DNA of 64,000 nt from contig JAOAGT010000002.1 of the NCBI GenBank assembly GCA_026415615.1, positions 448,545 to 512,544 of the forward strand, in the 5' to 3' direction. Origin of the DNA: Thermoleophilia bacterium. GTDB taxonomy: Bacteria; Actinomycetota; Thermoleophilia; RBG-16-64-13. Made by a program: the position numbers and the translations under genes. The notes beneath the pieces were generated by a model. It saw nothing but the letters and a program-made list of their open reading frames with translations. It was not told the DNA's origin and did no database searches. Shown one piece after another: positions 61,592 through 64,000 of the stretch; within the stretch, counting starts at the first letter, position 1; every line of letters starts with the position of its first letter.

Positions 61592-62491
61592 TCATTTCCT
61601 GGCGCGAGCAAGCGGCGCCGATCGAGGTTCACGTGGTGGCACGGGACCTAGGTGGCTTGTTAGCTGAAATTGATCAGGCCGGCAGAGGAAACGGCCCCAA
61701 CTTAGCGGTCTGCCGTCAAAATCGTGGAACAAACTCTCTAAACACAACGCAGGCGAGCCAACGGGCAGCTCTAGATTAGCCGCGGCTTCGCTGTCCAGAC
61801 TGACAGCGCGTATGGTGAGCCAACCTCCGGGCAAGCCTTCGGCTCTGGCAGATCGCAGCAGGCCGGCAAGGGATGTAATCTGGAGTTCAACCTCAACTAG
61901 AGGTCGATGCTCATCGTAGAGTATGTAGGCCAGCTGGTAAATCAGGGGAGTTTGTTCCCGCTTCACTAGACGGCGTAAGTAGACAGTGGGCGTTCCCGTC
62001 TCGACCTCAAGCACGGCCGCCACCTCTTCGTCAGCCGGTTTGATCCTTGCCTCGAGCAATAGGACTTCGGCAGAGTCGTCCTCGGTCCACGACTCGGTAA
62101 TTTCTTGGAGGCGAAAGATCGCCTCTCCCATGTCAAGAGCACGCACGAACGTGCCCTTGCCCTGTACCGTGGTGACTAGACCTCTGTCGAGGAGCAGGCC
62201 GATGGCTCTGCGGACAGTCATAGGACTAACTCTGTACTGTGCCCGCAGCTGGGGCTCGGTCGGGAGTTGGTCCCCGGGGCGAAATACTCCGGCCGCAATC
62301 TGCTCCGAAAGAGCGTTTGCGATACGCACATAGGCCGGCTCATAAGAACGTTCTGATGGGTAACGAGGGCGACCTCGCTCAGACGCGGCTGGCGGAACAG
62401 GTTCCAAGTTCCCCTGCATGCCGCCATATCCCGCCTGCTGGCTTCGTCTTTGAGTCGGCGGGCCCGAAGCGTTGTTGAAGGGCTCTACCAC
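61592..62491 (-). CDS. GntR family (HutC/UTRA subfamily) transcriptional regulator
   Basis: HTH YRVSPMTVRRAIGLLLDRGLVTTVQGKGTFV. C-terminal UTRA-like domain. Pro/Gly-rich N-terminal extension of uncertain reality. Confidence 0.75.
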   Translation of the reverse strand: MVEPFNNASGPPTQRRSQQAGYGGMQGNLEPVPPAASERGRPRYPSERSYEPAYVRIANALSEQIAAGVFRPGDQLPTEPQLRAQYRVSPMTVRRAIGLLLDRGLVTTVQGKGTFVRALDMGEAIFRLQEITESWTEDDSAEVLLLEARIKPADEEVAAVLEVETGTPTVYLRRLVKREQTPLIYQLAYILYDEHRPLVEVELQITSLAGLLRSARAEGLPGGWLTIRAVSLDSEAAANLELPVGSPALCLESLFHDFDGRPLSWGRFLCRPDQFQLTSHLGPVPPREPRSAPLARARK

Positions 62492-62657
62492 TTATGTCCC
62501 ACAACCTCCTCGAACAACTTGCACATTTATCTATATAACTATACAATACATCCCCGGACTGTCAAACCAAGTAGTTGTGAGAACTTGCGGGCTCGACTGA
62601 CGGCGAAGTTCTCCCGCATGTTCTCGGGCGTACAAGCGTCGTAATGGAGCATAGCTG

Positions 62658-64000
62658 ATGAAGACGGAGTCGAGGATCAAGACTGACATCGAGATTGCTC
62701 ACGAAGCCACCCTGGTTCCCATCACTGAAATAGCTGCTGATCTAGGTCTATCTGCTGACGACATCGACCAGTATGGCAAATACAAAGCCAAGATACATCT
62801 GGATGTCCTTGAGCGTCTAAGCGACAGACCCGACGGCAAGCTCGTTCTCTGCACAGCGATCACCCCCACTCCGGCAGGAGAGGGAAAAACGACTACCAAC
62901 ATTGGCCTCTCCATGGCTCTGAACAAACTGGGCCGCAAAGCTGTATGCACTCTGCGCGAGCCGTCCTTGGGGCCCTGCTTTGGGATTAAAGGCGGTGCGG
63001 CTGGCGGCGGCTATGCCCAGGTTGTGCCCATGGAAGACATCAACCTTCATTTTACTGGAGATATTCACGCTATCGGAGCTGCGCACAATCTGTGTGCTGC
63101 GGTTCTGGACAACCACCTTTTCCAAGGAAACGAGCTTGACATTAATCCCAACGACATCCCCTGGCCTCGCGTGGTTGACTTGAACGACCGTGCGCTTCGT
63201 GACATTACCATCGGCCAGGGTGGCCAAGGCGTCGAGCGCAAGACTCGCTTCGACATCACTGTGGCCTCCGAAGTGATGGCTATCCTCTGCTTGGCTAACG
63301 ACTATGACGACCTGAAGGCCCGCCTTGAGCGTACCGTAGTAGCTTGGACCCACTCGGGTCAGCCTGTCACGGCCAAGGATCTCAAGGTTTCGGGGTCTAT
63401 GGCTGTTCTCTTGCGTGACGCACTCATGCCCAACCTGGTGCAGACGCTGGAAAATACTCCGGCGATTATTCATGGTGGTCCCTTCGCCAACATCGCTCAC
63501 GGATGCAATTCGGTGCAGGCTACCAAGATCGGTCTCAAGCTAGGTGACTACTGCGTCACCGAGGCCGGCTTTGGGGCTGATCTCGGGGCCGAGAAGTTCT
63601 TCGACATTAAGTGCCGCTACGCTGGTTTATCGCCAGACTGCGTAGTCTTGGTGGCAACCATTCGGGCTCTTAAGATGCACGGTGGTGTTCCGTTGGCGGA
63701 TCTTAAGACCGAGAATCTTGAGGCGCTCAGCCTCGGCATCGAGAACCTTGAAAAGCACCTCGAGAACATTCAGGGCTTTGGTATGCCGGTGGTTGTGGCC
63801 ATTAACCGCTTCCCCGATGACACCGAAGCGGAGCTTGAGCTTTTGCGGCAGAGAGTGGCTGCCATGGGAGCCAATGTAGTGCTATCTGAAGTCTGGGCCC
63901 ACGGCGGAGATGGCGGGCTTGAGCTGGCGGAGGAAGTCATTCGGTTGTGCGAGTCAGGAGAAAAACCACAGCTAAAGTTTACGTATGACCTTGAGGACAG
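62658..64000 (+). CDS. fhs: formate--tetrahydrofolate ligase, 3' end outside window
   Basis: [21 protein letters not shown]-loop and ...[14 protein letters not shown] conserved FTHFS region. ATG at 62658. Runs to window end. Confidence 0.9.
   Translation, partial: MKTESRIKTDIEIAHEATLVPITEIAADLGLSADDIDQYGKYKAKIHLDVLERLSDRPDGKLVLCTAITPTPAGEGKTTTNIGLSMALNKLGRKAVCTLREPSLGPCFGIKGGAAGGGYAQVVPMEDINLHFTGDIHAIGAAHNLCAAVLDNHLFQGNELDINPNDIPWPRVVDLNDRALRDITIGQGGQGVERKTRFDITVASEVMAILCLANDYDDLKARLERTVVAWTHSGQPVTAKDLKVSGSMAVLLRDALMPNLVQTLENTPAIIHGGPFANIAHGCNSVQATKIGLKLGDYCVTEAGFGADLGAEKFFDIKCRYAGLSPDCVVLVATIRALKMHGGVPLADLKTENLEALSLGIENLEKHLENIQGFGMPVVVAINRFPDDTEAELELLRQRVAAMGANVVLSEVWAHGGDGGLELAEEVIRLCESGEKPQLKFTYDLED

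Overview
High-GC (about 58-60%), densely coding 64 kb window on both strands. It looks like an anaerobic Gram-positive-type bacterium. Support for that: cell-wall binding repeat 2 (CWB2), LCP and NlpC/P60 cell-wall proteins; strong AGGAGG ribosome-binding sites; lipoproteins with long Thr/Pro-rich linkers; oxygen-sensitive enzymes (tungsten-type aldehyde:ferredoxin oxidoreductase, pyrogallol-transhydroxylase-like Mo enzyme, corrinoid protein, formyl-THF ligase). I found no CRISPR array, transposase, integrase or recognisable defence system. The most interesting content is a large, apparently undescribed catabolic supercluster at about 7.8-31 kb. It consists of a long minus-strand operon (TRAP transporter, aldehyde:ferredoxin oxidoreductase, short-chain dehydrogenase (SDR), a family of HxH...E cupin-like proteins, NTF2-like protein, orphan ABC substrate-binding protein (SBP)). 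This is divergent from a TetR-controlled plus-strand operon (uroporphyrinogen-decarboxylase (URO-D)-family corrinoid methyltransferase, SDR, ferredoxin, Sdh/Frd-like flavoprotein, GlcD/GlcF/GlcE-like flavin/FeS complex). Both ends are bracketed by two paralogous approximately 510-575 aa proteins built from two degenerate class-I methyltransferase-like Rossmann domains, which I cannot place in any characterised family. Further along there is a third member of the cupin-like family, a pyrogallol-phloroglucinol-transhydroxylase-like molybdoenzyme pair, and an acyl-CoA dehydrogenase/LysR/EtfBA/ETF-quinone oxidoreductase (ETF-QO) module. There is also a second cytoplasmic molybdopterin oxidoreductase with its own FeS subunit, then ftsH, proC, a formate/nitrite transporter, a B12-binding corrinoid protein, a GntR regulator and a truncated fhs. 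One initiator tRNA-fMet with its own terminator lies at 4.47 kb. All functional calls are from motif-level reading of the translated ORFs and no database search was possible.
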